From an uncultured Eubacteriales bacterium (GTDB taxonomy: Bacteria; Bacillota; Clostridia; Christensenellales; CAG-138), in NCBI GenBank assembly GCA_902787375.1, contig CADAGD010000020.1, forward strand, positions 1 to 62,820: a DNA stretch of 62,820 nt. Reading direction: 5' to 3'. Both the position numbers and the translations under genes were made by a program. Positions 49,236 through 58,381 of this stretch are shown here, in pieces; the stretch's first letter is position 1; the number at the start of each line of letters is the position of its first letter. The notes beneath the pieces were generated by a model that was given only the letters and a program-made list of their open reading frames with translations, was not told where the DNA came from and searched no databases.

Positions 49236-50903
49236 TCAATCGACCTCTATGAATATCGGCATGAGCAGCGGAGCCCGCTTTGTCCTTCCGTAAAGACAGC
49301 TCTTAATGCTCGATTTTATCATATTCTTGATATTGCCCCACTCCGTCTTGTCGCATGATTCAAACATCAACGCCTGCTCACGGGCAATAGCCCTCGCCTC
49401 CTCAAGAAGCTCCTCCGAATCCTTGGCAAAGACGAATCCCTTCGATATAATCTCAGGCTCGCAGGCAAGCTTTCCCGTCTTCTTCTTAATGGCTATGACG
49501 ATAGCGAACATTCCGTCATGCGAGAGCAGCCTTCTTTCGCGCAGTACAGCCGAGCCTATATCTCCGACGCCCGCTCCATCGACCAGGATATTGCCGGATA
49601 CGACCGAGCCGTTGAGCTTTCCGCTCCTTCTTGACAGCTCCAGCACATTGCCGGTATCCATTACAAATATGTTCTGCTCCTTTATTCCGAGCGTTGACGC
49701 CAGACGCGCATGATGGTAGAGATGCCTCGCCTCGCCGTGTACGGGTATGAAGAATTTGGGCTTTATGACGCGCATCATAAGCTTCAGCTCCTCGCGCCTT
49801 GCGTGGCCCGAAACATGGACGTCGGCAAGCCTGTCATACACGACGTTCGCGCCGCGCAGGAAGAGCTGGTTTATGACCTTGCCCACCGCCTTTTCATTGC
49901 CGGGTATAGCGGATGCCGATATGACCACCGTATCGCCCTTGCCTATGTTGAGCTTATGGTTGGCGTTCGCCATGCGGAACAGCCCGCTCATGGATTCACC
50001 CTGTGAGCCTGTCGTGAAAACGCATACCTTGCTGTCCTCGAACCGTTTCAGCTTTTCGACCTCGACTATCGACTCTTCGGGTATATTGAGGTAGCCAAGC
50101 TCCACAGCGATGCGCATTATCATTACCATTGAACGCCCCTGGAAGCACAGCACGCGCCCATGTCTTATGGCGACGTCCGCTATCTGCTGTATTCTGTACA
50201 CGTTCGACGCGAATGACGCCACTATAACCCTGCCGTCGGCGGTATCAAAAACATTCTCGAACGTGCGTCCAAGCTCCATCTCGGAGGGCGTATAGCCCGG
50301 CAGCTCGGCGTTTGTGGAATCCATCATAAGCGCAAGCACGCCTCGGCTTCCGTAATACGCGAATCTCTCAATGTCGATGGGTTCATTGTCTATGGGGGTA
50401 TAATCGACCTTGAAATCCCCCGTGTGTATCACGACGCCGACGGGCGTTGTGATGGCTACAGCCAGCGCACCCGCTATCGAGTGGCTGACCTTTATGAACT
50501 CTATTTTGAAGCAGCCGAGCTGTATGGTATCGCCGGCTACAACGCATCTCAAATCCGCCTTCTTTATCTTATGCTCCTCAAGCTTATGCTCTATAAGCGC
50601 AAGCGTGAACTTTGAGCCGTAGAAAGGCACGTCAAACTTCTGCATGGCAAACGGAACCGCGCCTATGTGATCCTCGTGGCCATGGGTTATTACGAATCCG
50701 CGAACCCTGTCAAAATTATCCTCAAGATACGTCATGTCGGGTATGACCAAGTCAACACCCAGCATATCCTCATCGGGGAATGACAGTCCGCAGTCAACTA
50801 CTATTATATCATCTTCGTACTCCAGGACGGTCATGTTCTTGCCTATCTCGCCAAGACCGCCAAGGGGTATTATTCTAAGCTTTGGGCTTTTCTTTCTTGC
50901 CAA
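49236..50903 (-). CDS. rnj: Ribonuclease J
   Basis: PLGGLGEIGKN, THGHEDHIG, HTGDFK, TGSQGE, HVSGHA, PVHGE. Confidence 0.96.
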   Translation of the reverse strand: MARKKSPKLRIIPLGGLGEIGKNMTVLEYEDDIIVVDCGLSFPDEDMLGVDLVIPDMTYLEDNFDRVRGFVITHGHEDHIGAVPFAMQKFDVPFYGSKFTLALIEHKLEEHKIKKADLRCVVAGDTIQLGCFKIEFIKVSHSIAGALAVAITTPVGVVIHTGDFKVDYTPIDNEPIDIERFAYYGSRGVLALMMDSTNAELPGYTPSEMELGRTFENVFDTADGRVIVASFASNVYRIQQIADVAIRHGRVLCFQGRSMVMIMRIAVELGYLNIPEESIVEVEKLKRFEDSKVCVFTTGSQGESMSGLFRMANANHKLNIGKGDTVVISASAIPGNEKAVGKVINQLFLRGANVVYDRLADVHVSGHARREELKLMMRVIKPKFFIPVHGEARHLYHHARLASTLGIKEQNIFVMDTGNVLELSRRSGKLNGSVVSGNILVDGAGVGDIGSAVLRERRLLSHDGMFAIVIAIKKKTGKLACEPEIISKGFVFAKDSEELLEEARAIAREQALMFESCDKTEWGNIKNMIKSSIKSCLYGRTKRAPLLMPIFIEVD

Positions 50904-50971
50904 AATAATTACCTCTGTAAATCATTCATTATGCCTTTTGTTTTCAACCGACAAGCCGATAAAGCTTAAAC

Positions 50972-52894
50972 TCACGCCCCCGTAAGCTCCGAAAGCCTTT
51001 GGGCGGCGTTCTCCCATTCCTCATAGAGCTTTTCAAGCCTTGATTGAAGCTCGTCAGCCTTTTTTGACAGCTCTCCCGCTTTCACATAGTCCGAGGCATA
51101 CTCATTTGAAGAAAGCTTTTCATTGACATTTCCAAGCTCCGCCTCAGTATCTGCTATGCTCTTTTCAGCGCGCGAAACGGCTGTGCGCGCCTTTGTTATC
51201 TCGCTCTGGAGCTGTTTTTTCTCCTTATATTCCATGGCGTTCGCGGAAAGCTTTTTGCCATCGGCGTTTGAAGTCTCCGCTCTGCTTTCCTTGACCGCCT
51301 CAAGGTAATCGTCATAGCCGCCTATGTATTCACGCATACCGTCGGGGGTCATGTGCAGTATCCTGTCAGCAAGCCTGTTCACAAGGTATCGGTCATGGGT
51401 GACGACTATGACCGTGCCGTCGTACTCATCCAAGGCGTTCTCAAGCGCCTCACGCGAGGCTATATCCAGATGGTTCGTAGGCTCGTCGAGCAAAAGCAGG
51501 TTCGCCCTTGTGAGCATCAGCTTCAGAAGCTGCACCCTCGCCTTTTCACCGCCTGAGAGGAGCGATATCTTCTTTTCCACCTCGTCGCCCCTGAAAAGGA
51601 AGGCGGCAAGCGCGTTTCTTATATCCCTGTGGGATATTGTATTGAAATATTTGTCCCAGACCTCATCAAGCACGGTGTTGTCCGGGTTGAGCGACGCCAT
51701 TGTCTGCTCATAGTATGCCGCCTCGATGTGTGCGCCAAGACAGCACAGTCCCGACGTCGGGCGCATAACGCCCGCGATTATGTTAAGCAGCGTCGATTTG
51801 CCGCAGCCGTTATCGCCCAGCACGAACACCTTCTCGCCCTTTTTGACGAGCATATCAAGTCCGCTGAAAACCTTTTTCGCGCCAAAGCTCTTTGCGAGTC
51901 CTTTGGCTATTACGACGTCATTTCCTCCGCCTTCCTTGGCATGGAACGAGAACTTGATCGCGGCGGAATCCTTTTCAGGCTCGACCAGCGTTTCCTTTAT
52001 GCGGTCAGCCGCCTTCTGCTTGTGCGCGGCGGTAATAAAGTTATGCTCCTGTCCCCATCTGCGCTGCTGCTCGACCATGCCCTCTATGCGCTTTATCTCC
52101 TTCTTCGCTCTGAGATAGCGGCGCATCTCAAGCTCCCTCGCCGTGGAGCGAAGCTCCATATGCCTTGAATAGTTCCCCTTGGATTTAAAGAGCTTCTTGT
52201 CTTTAAGCTCCATTATCTTATTCGTTACCCTGTCAAGGAAGTACCGGTCATGGGATATGACAATGAAGGCTCCCCTGTAAGCCGAAAGGAAATCCTCAAG
52301 CCATTCTATAGCCTTTATATCAAGATGGTTCGTCGGCTCGTCAAGCAGGAGCAGATTCGCGCCCGAAAGCAGCAGCTTTGCAAGCTGAGCCTTATTTCGC
52401 TGTCCTCCCGAAAACAGGCTGACGTCTTTCAAAAGCTCATCCTCGCTAAAGCCCAGCCCCAGGAGCGTTGAGCGCGTCCGCGCCCTGAACGTCATGCCTC
52501 CGGCGTCCTCATATCGCTCACGCAGCCTGTGCTGACGGTCTATAAGCTTATCGTCGGGGCCGTTTTTCAAAAGCTCGTCGTTTATGCCGTCAAGCTCCTT
52601 CTCCATATCAATAAGCTCCGAGAACACGCTTTCAACATAATCGTAAAGAGTGGCGTCCTTTGCCATGACGGTCTGCGCCATGGTTCCTATTCGTGTATCG
52701 TGACCGAACGCGATCATGCCCTCGTCATAAGCCTCCCTGCCCTCTATTACAGAGAACAGCGTTGATTTGCCGCATCCGTTCACGCCTATAAGTCCCACAT
52801 GATCCCCCGGCTCTATCTCGAAGGATAAGCCGTCAAAGAGAACCCGTGTGACAAATGATTTTTTTAAGTTATTAACAGCCAATAAAGGCATCAT
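50972..52894 (-). CDS. ABC-F family ATP-binding protein
   Basis: Two NBDs (GVNGCGKST / GDNGCGKST, LDEPTNHLD x2), no TM domain, coiled-coil tail. Confidence 0.93.
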   Translation of the reverse strand: MMPLLAVNNLKKSFVTRVLFDGLSFEIEPGDHVGLIGVNGCGKSTLFSVIEGREAYDEGMIAFGHDTRIGTMAQTVMAKDATLYDYVESVFSELIDMEKELDGINDELLKNGPDDKLIDRQHRLRERYEDAGGMTFRARTRSTLLGLGFSEDELLKDVSLFSGGQRNKAQLAKLLLSGANLLLLDEPTNHLDIKAIEWLEDFLSAYRGAFIVISHDRYFLDRVTNKIMELKDKKLFKSKGNYSRHMELRSTARELEMRRYLRAKKEIKRIEGMVEQQRRWGQEHNFITAAHKQKAADRIKETLVEPEKDSAAIKFSFHAKEGGGNDVVIAKGLAKSFGAKKVFSGLDMLVKKGEKVFVLGDNGCGKSTLLNIIAGVMRPTSGLCCLGAHIEAAYYEQTMASLNPDNTVLDEVWDKYFNTISHRDIRNALAAFLFRGDEVEKKISLLSGGEKARVQLLKLMLTRANLLLLDEPTNHLDIASREALENALDEYDGTVIVVTHDRYLVNRLADRILHMTPDGMREYIGGYDDYLEAVKESRAETSNADGKKLSANAMEYKEKKQLQSEITKARTAVSRAEKSIADTEAELGNVNEKLSSNEYASDYVKAGELSKKADELQSRLEKLYEEWENAAQRLSELTGA

Positions 52895-52900
52895 TCTACC

Positions 52901-53413
52901 TCAAATATCCACAGTTACAATATCAATGCCGCCCCGCCTTGCCATGCGCATTGTGGCGGCTGTGCCTGAGCTTTCCTCCCCGGAAAACCCGCAGATGATT
53001 CGCACGGAATGCTCAACAAGGAATCGGTTCCGCTCCATGTAGCAGGACGGCACATAGTCTCTGTAAAGCGAAACAACACGGTAGGCGTGCCTCGCGCAGC
53101 GGCGTTTGCGTTTGGTACTCCCAACGCCGTACGGAAAAACCGCCACAAGCTTCATCTCCTTGAGCTTATGGGACAGCTTCAGAACTATCTCGGCGGCATA
53201 TATATCCACCCCGTCCGCCATGCCGGAAAGGAAGTATCTCGCGCCCTCATTATACGCCCTTATTATCTGGGCCTCAAGTCTCTTTTTGAATCTCAGGCAA
53301 TCCTCGTCGTCCTCAAACTCCCCCCATGGGAGCTTATCGGTTCTGTGTCCCGTGAAGCTCACGCTCAGATTCCTGTCGATGTCATAGCCTTCCGTGCCGT
53401 ATTTAAAACCCAT
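52901..53413 (-). CDS. SLOG superfamily (YpsA/DUF1273) protein
   Basis: SFTGHR..KLPW, FLSGMADGVD, ERNRFLV, SGTAATMRMA. Confidence 0.85.
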   Translation of the reverse strand: MGFKYGTEGYDIDRNLSVSFTGHRTDKLPWGEFEDDEDCLRFKKRLEAQIIRAYNEGARYFLSGMADGVDIYAAEIVLKLSHKLKEMKLVAVFPYGVGSTKRKRRCARHAYRVVSLYRDYVPSCYMERNRFLVEHSVRIICGFSGEESSGTAATMRMARRGGIDIVTVDI

Positions 53414-54126
53414 TACAAGCCTTTCTCTGTATACCTGCCCCAATCCCTGTGCATATAGCGTTCTATCGGGTAGGCTTTGCCTATGTATTCGGGAGCTATC
53501 CCCCTCTCCCGCGCTTCATCTATAAACGCGGAGAGTATTTCGGGCGTTCCGACAGTACCTATAATGGGCAGTCCCGTCCTGCGGCTCACCTCTTTTGTCA
53601 CCTCAAGCCCGTCAAACAGATCGGCTGTTGAGGTTTCATGGGACAGATTGGTGTTATTGAGTATCCCGGTTATATTGAGCCTGCTCACGCCGGTTATCTT
53701 CCGTATCATCTCGATATTCTCCTCGACGCCGGAAGAAAGCGGACGGCGGCAGTTTATTACATACCAAACCTCGAAATTCTCAAGCTCCTTGAAATACCCG
53801 TAATACTGCCCCATTGCGATGGAGCCGACCGGATCGCCACCCACGTCGAATATGACGAGATCCGAATTGTCCGAAAACACCGAGAATATCTCAGGAGGTA
53901 TGCTCGGAACCTCAACACCTGAGCTTGTGAAATTGGGCGATATGAGCCTTATGCCCGCCGCGTCAAGCTCCGCCTTTCTCTCGGTTGAGCGGAAGTACGG
54001 GTTTATGACGTCGATATCGACGAGCGTCACCTTCTGACCTTCCGCCGCCGCCTCAAACGCCATGTTGAGCGCAAGCTCCGTCTTGCCGGAGCCGAAGTTT
54101 CCTATAATTACATAATACCTTTTCAT
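53413..54126 (-). CDS. P-loop ATP-binding protein (MinD/CobQ-like)
   Basis: GNFGSGKTE, DIDVINPYFRS, DVGGD..G, INCRRP, NNTNL. Confidence 0.85.
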   Translation of the reverse strand: MKRYYVIIGNFGSGKTELALNMAFEAAAEGQKVTLVDIDVINPYFRSTERKAELDAAGIRLISPNFTSSGVEVPSIPPEIFSVFSDNSDLVIFDVGGDPVGSIAMGQYYGYFKELENFEVWYVINCRRPLSSGVEENIEMIRKITGVSRLNITGILNNTNLSHETSTADLFDGLEVTKEVSRRTGLPIIGTVGTPEILSAFIDEARERGIAPEYIGKAYPIERYMHRDWGRYTEKGL

Positions 54127-54163
54127 TTATGCCTCTAATTCAATAATGCTTGCCTTTTGCACA

Positions 54164-55759
54164 TCATTCCGCTTTATAGATCGCCATTATGCGTTCGGCG
54201 GCACGCATACCGTCAACCGCCGCGCTGACTATTCCTCCTGCGTACCCGGCTCCCTCGCCCACGGGGTAGAGTCCCTTGAGCCTTGTAGCCTCGCCAAGCT
54301 CGTCGCGCTGTATCCTGACGGGTGCGCTTGTGCGGCTCTCTACCGCCGTAAGCACCGCCTCATCCATATCGAAGCCCTTGATCTGACGTCCGAACGCGCG
54401 TATGCCGTCCGCGACTCCGCGATAGATGGTTCCGGGGAGGCATTTTCTCAAATCCCTCGGAACCGCCATGGGACGGTATGTGGGCTTGACCGACGTGAAA
54501 GCCTGCGGAGCGTCGCCGTTCAGGAAATCGACCACTCTCTCCGCCGGCGCGGAATAATCCCCGCCGCCGAGCCTGAACGCCGCTCTCTCGATCTTCTCCT
54601 GAAACTCAAGTCCGCACAGAGGAGCGCCTCCCAAATCCTTGGGGTTGACCTGGACGATTATGCCCGAATTGGCGTTTTCGGCATCCCTCGCGGCATAGCT
54701 CATGCCGTTCGTGACGACCTCTCCCTCATTCGATGAGGAGGCGACGACGAATCCTCCCGGACACATGCAGAATGTGTAAACGCCCCTTGAGCCGCTTCTG
54801 CCGGTCAAGCGGTACTCCGCGGCTCCGAGCCTCGGATGCCCCGCGAACTTTCCGAACTGCGACCTGTTTATAAACGTTTGAGGATGCTCTATGCGGACGC
54901 CTACGGCAAACGGCTTTGCGACTATCTCGACGCCCTTGTCAAACAGCATCCGGTATGTGTCCCTCGCGGCTTGTCCGAGCGCAAGCACGACCGCGCAGCA
55001 CTGTATTTTTTCATTTTCGTTCACCGTGACGGCGGTTATCCTGCCATCCTCGGAATGAATATCGGTAAGCTTCGCGGAAAACCTGACCTCGCCGCCCGCT
55101 TCCTCGACAGCCCTTCTTATATTATAGACCACTTTGCGAAGCACATCCGTTCCGACATGGGGCTTGGCATCTATGAGTATCCTTTCGGATGCGCCGTATT
55201 TGACCAAAGCTTCCGACACGAGCGCGGCCCTGGCGTCCTTTATCCTTGTTGTGAGCTTGCCGTCGGAGAAGGTTCCCGCGCCGCCCTCACCGAACATTAT
55301 ATTGCTCTCGGTATCGAGCTTTGCCGACGTCCAGAATGTATCGACATCCCTTCTGCGTTCGTCAATGGGACGTCCCCTTTCTATGAGTATGACCTTGTAT
55401 CCCCTTACCGCAAGCGTGTGCGCGGCAAAAAGCCCGGCAGGGCCCGCGCCGACAACGACTATCGGAAGCGTCTGTGGAGTTTCCCCTGTTTCCCTCGCAA
55501 TAACGGGCGTTTCGGGAGCCTTTGCGACCGTCTTTGAGAACCTTGAACCATACTTATTATAATCCTTCTCGTCAACCTCGAATGTCGCCGAGTAGATAAA
55601 ACGTATGTCGTTTTTGTCCCTTGCGTCAAGTGAGCGTTTGACAATTCTCACATCACTTATCGCATCGGCTTGAAGCCTTGTGTCCGCCGCTATGAGCAGA
55701 CGTATTGTCGATTCGTCCGCGTTGAACGGCATACTGAGATTGGTTGCTATAAGCTTCAT
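54164..55759 (-). CDS. FAD-dependent oxidoreductase
   Basis: VGAGPAGLF, FGEGGAGTFSDGKL, TFCMCPGG, GEGAGYAGGIVSAAVDG. Confidence 0.9.
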   Translation of the reverse strand: MKLIATNLSMPFNADESTIRLLIAADTRLQADAISDVRIVKRSLDARDKNDIRFIYSATFEVDEKDYNKYGSRFSKTVAKAPETPVIARETGETPQTLPIVVVGAGPAGLFAAHTLAVRGYKVILIERGRPIDERRRDVDTFWTSAKLDTESNIMFGEGGAGTFSDGKLTTRIKDARAALVSEALVKYGASERILIDAKPHVGTDVLRKVVYNIRRAVEEAGGEVRFSAKLTDIHSEDGRITAVTVNENEKIQCCAVVLALGQAARDTYRMLFDKGVEIVAKPFAVGVRIEHPQTFINRSQFGKFAGHPRLGAAEYRLTGRSGSRGVYTFCMCPGGFVVASSSNEGEVVTNGMSYAARDAENANSGIIVQVNPKDLGGAPLCGLEFQEKIERAAFRLGGGDYSAPAERVVDFLNGDAPQAFTSVKPTYRPMAVPRDLRKCLPGTIYRGVADGIRAFGRQIKGFDMDEAVLTAVESRTSAPVRIQRDELGEATRLKGLYPVGEGAGYAGGIVSAAVDGMRAAERIMAIYKAE

Positions 55760-55776
55760 ACTGCCTCCGTTTTGAA

Positions 55777-57177
55777 TTATTCCGTAGTCATTCTATAGCC
55801 TATTTTAACATGTACCACAGGCTCGCTGAACGTAATGGTCATATCGCCGAATGTTTCCACATTCAGCGGTTTGGATTCAATGTCTATATCATAATCGCCC
55901 ATGCCGCGCCCCGCCAGATTGACTATGACCATTATGTCGGAGGTTACGAAGCCCCCAACCAGCTTTGCCGGCCCGTAAACGGTTATATCAACACTCTTGA
56001 ACGAATACTCATAGCTGAACTCCGGGTTCTCGTTCACAAAGCTTATCGGCACATTGGTATAGTTGGCGCTTATGTACCTGTCGGATACCGTCACCGTCAA
56101 CTGAATGCTGTTTATGTCAACGTCGTCCAGTATGACCGCCTTTTCGGGTATTCCTCCGAGGGAAAGGGTATACTCATAATCCCCTGTTTCATTGATGCTC
56201 GCAACCGATATGGGAGCGGCCTCTATGGTTTCCAACGCGGCAAGCACATCCGGCTCCGCCGCGATGTCTATGGAGCTTACGCTCAATGTTTCGCCCTGTA
56301 TCTCATATATATCGGGTATCTGCTCCCTGTCAATCAGCTCATAGTTGATATTGACGTGCTTATGCGGCAGCACCTTCATCTGCACATTGACCGCGGGTAT
56401 GCTCCTCTTGAAAATCGAATTGCTCAGCACATTCCCGTCATTGTCGAGTATCTTGAGCGGTATGGAGCGGTTCACCGACGACGTCACTCCTGTGACGTCA
56501 ATATAGCAGACCGCGCTGGAAACATTTTCGATGTCCGTTCTCGCGCCCTCAAGGTCTATCGAGGTTGTGGGTATCGAGGGATCGTCGTGCCAGTACGCCT
56601 CAGGCATGGTTCCGACTATATCCCATTTGACAGGCACATTGCGGATTATGACGTCATCGACCGTGACGGTTATCTTGCTCGGCTCAACCGAAGTAACCCT
56701 GCCTATATTGCTCGTCGCCTTGACCTCCAGCTCATACGTTCCCGCCTCATGGACGTCCGTCAGGCTCACCGTAGCCGCTATATTGTTTTCGTCTATGCGC
56801 ATTACGTCGGTCAGGGGCGCCGATACGGTCACGTTCACCTTCTGGAGTATCTCCGATATGTTGCCGTAAATCGTGAGCTTTCTTGTATCAAGGTCGGCCA
56901 CCGCGCCCGATTCAAATGTGGGCGTGATATTTGTTACCGTTTTTTCCCTGTCGGGATTCTGATCCATCAGAACATATCCCCAAAGGAGCATGGCAAGGAA
57001 CAGGGACACAACGGCGTATATAACCTTTTTGACTATGCCGGTCTTATCGACCGCTTTTTTATCGTCTGAGCCGGCATTCAGATTGTTCTCCGCTCCTTCG
57101 GCGGATTTCGCCTGTGTATCGGGAGACTCCTTGGGGCTGTTCTTATCTTTTCTCTTTACTTTCGATATCTTCCACAT
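55777..57177 (-). CDS. cdaR: CdaR (YbbR-repeat) regulator of diadenylate cyclase
   Basis: TM helix SLFLAMLLWGYV followed by beta-rich YbbR repeats (EPSKITVTVD); directly follows cdaA. Confidence 0.85.
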   Translation of the reverse strand: MWKISKVKRKDKNSPKESPDTQAKSAEGAENNLNAGSDDKKAVDKTGIVKKVIYAVVSLFLAMLLWGYVLMDQNPDREKTVTNITPTFESGAVADLDTRKLTIYGNISEILQKVNVTVSAPLTDVMRIDENNIAATVSLTDVHEAGTYELEVKATSNIGRVTSVEPSKITVTVDDVIIRNVPVKWDIVGTMPEAYWHDDPSIPTTSIDLEGARTDIENVSSAVCYIDVTGVTSSVNRSIPLKILDNDGNVLSNSIFKRSIPAVNVQMKVLPHKHVNINYELIDREQIPDIYEIQGETLSVSSIDIAAEPDVLAALETIEAAPISVASINETGDYEYTLSLGGIPEKAVILDDVDINSIQLTVTVSDRYISANYTNVPISFVNENPEFSYEYSFKSVDITVYGPAKLVGGFVTSDIMVIVNLAGRGMGDYDIDIESKPLNVETFGDMTITFSEPVVHVKIGYRMTTE

Positions 57178-58036
57178 CTATCACCGTCTCCTCCCCTGTC
57201 AAATTCTCATCAGCTCCGTCCTTCTTTGTATTGAATATAATGAAACCCTTGTCAGGCGACGGATTGAAATGCTCATTGAGAAGCTCCTCAAGCGCGTCGT
57301 GATCGACGTTCCTCGTGAGCCTGCCGTCCATTGCGTAGGATATTATGCCCGTTTCCTCGGAAACGACTATCGTTATGCTGTCGCTGACCGTCGATATTCC
57401 GAGGGACGCCCTGTGCCTTGTGCCAAGCTCCCTTGCTATGTCCGGGGCGTCAAAGAGCGGAAGCACGCAGGCAGCCGCGTATATGCGCTCGTTCCTTATT
57501 ATCATGGCTCCGTCATGGAGCGGCGTCTTAGGCTCAAATATGTTCTCTATCAGCGCGTCGCTTATCTCCGCGTCGATTATGGTTCCTGTATGCACGTAAT
57601 CACCGAGCTTCGTATTGCGTTCCAGCACTATCAACGCGCCGACCCTGCGCCTTGACATATTCTCTATGGCAAGACATAGCTGCTTGACTATCTCAAATGA
57701 CGGCGTCGTGCGCTGGGCTATGTTCAGTTTGAAACGGCCTATCCGCTCCAACGCGCGCCTTATCTCCGGCTGGAACAGCACAACTGCCACGACAATACCC
57801 GAAACAAGGAATGAATTGAGCAGATATTTTATCGTCATAAGATTGAGCAGGTTGCTTACAAGCAGCAGCAGTATAAGCACTCCGACTCCCTTCAGAACCT
57901 GTGACGCTCTTGTATTTGCGGTAAACTGAATAAGCTTGAAAAACACGAACGCGAGTATGAGTATCTCAAGCAAATCCTGTATTCTGAACTGCGAAAAGCC
58001 AATTCCCATGGCGTCAAGTACATCGGATATTGACAT
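57143..58036 (-). CDS. cdaA: Diadenylate cyclase CdaA
   Basis: Three TM helices, FQPEIRRALE, TPLHDGA, GTRHRA, VSEETG. Confidence 0.95.
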   Translation of the reverse strand: MSISDVLDAMGIGFSQFRIQDLLEILILAFVFFKLIQFTANTRASQVLKGVGVLILLLLVSNLLNLMTIKYLLNSFLVSGIVVAVVLFQPEIRRALERIGRFKLNIAQRTTPSFEIVKQLCLAIENMSRRRVGALIVLERNTKLGDYVHTGTIIDAEISDALIENIFEPKTPLHDGAMIIRNERIYAAACVLPLFDAPDIARELGTRHRASLGISTVSDSITIVVSEETGIISYAMDGRLTRNVDHDALEELLNEHFNPSPDKGFIIFNTKKDGADENLTGEETVIDVEDIESKEKR

Positions 58037-58319
58037 CTGTGTTCACTTCCTTCGGCTTAGTCTGCGGCTGTCAATGCCGTGAAAGCGGGCATGGGTCGCG
58101 CTGAAGAACAAATCAATTCCATACACAGCTCATAAGATGCGGCATCAAACGCTCGCAGAACCCACATTTTCACACATTGTTCGGGGTACAAAAAATTTCC
58201 CTTATTATAATACCATACATTCGGATAAATTTGTACCCCCCAATTATCTTTTTATTAAAAAAACCCACATTACTTTTCCGTATAAACCGTGCGTATGGGG
58301 CATAAAAAGCATTTTTCAT

Positions 58320-58348
58320 TTGCCATGCACCGTATTATGTGCTATAAT
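58320..58348 (+). promoter_or_regulatory. sigma-A promoter of PBP1A
   Basis: TTGCCA-N17-TATAAT with TG. Confidence 0.65.
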
Positions 58349-58381
58349 CATCATGGATAATTCTGTGAAAGGCAAAATCAT

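Noticed and set aside
58037-58180. c-di-AMP (ydaO) riboswitch in the cdaA leader
   Set aside because: No recognisable ydaO consensus by eye; an Rfam scan would be needed.
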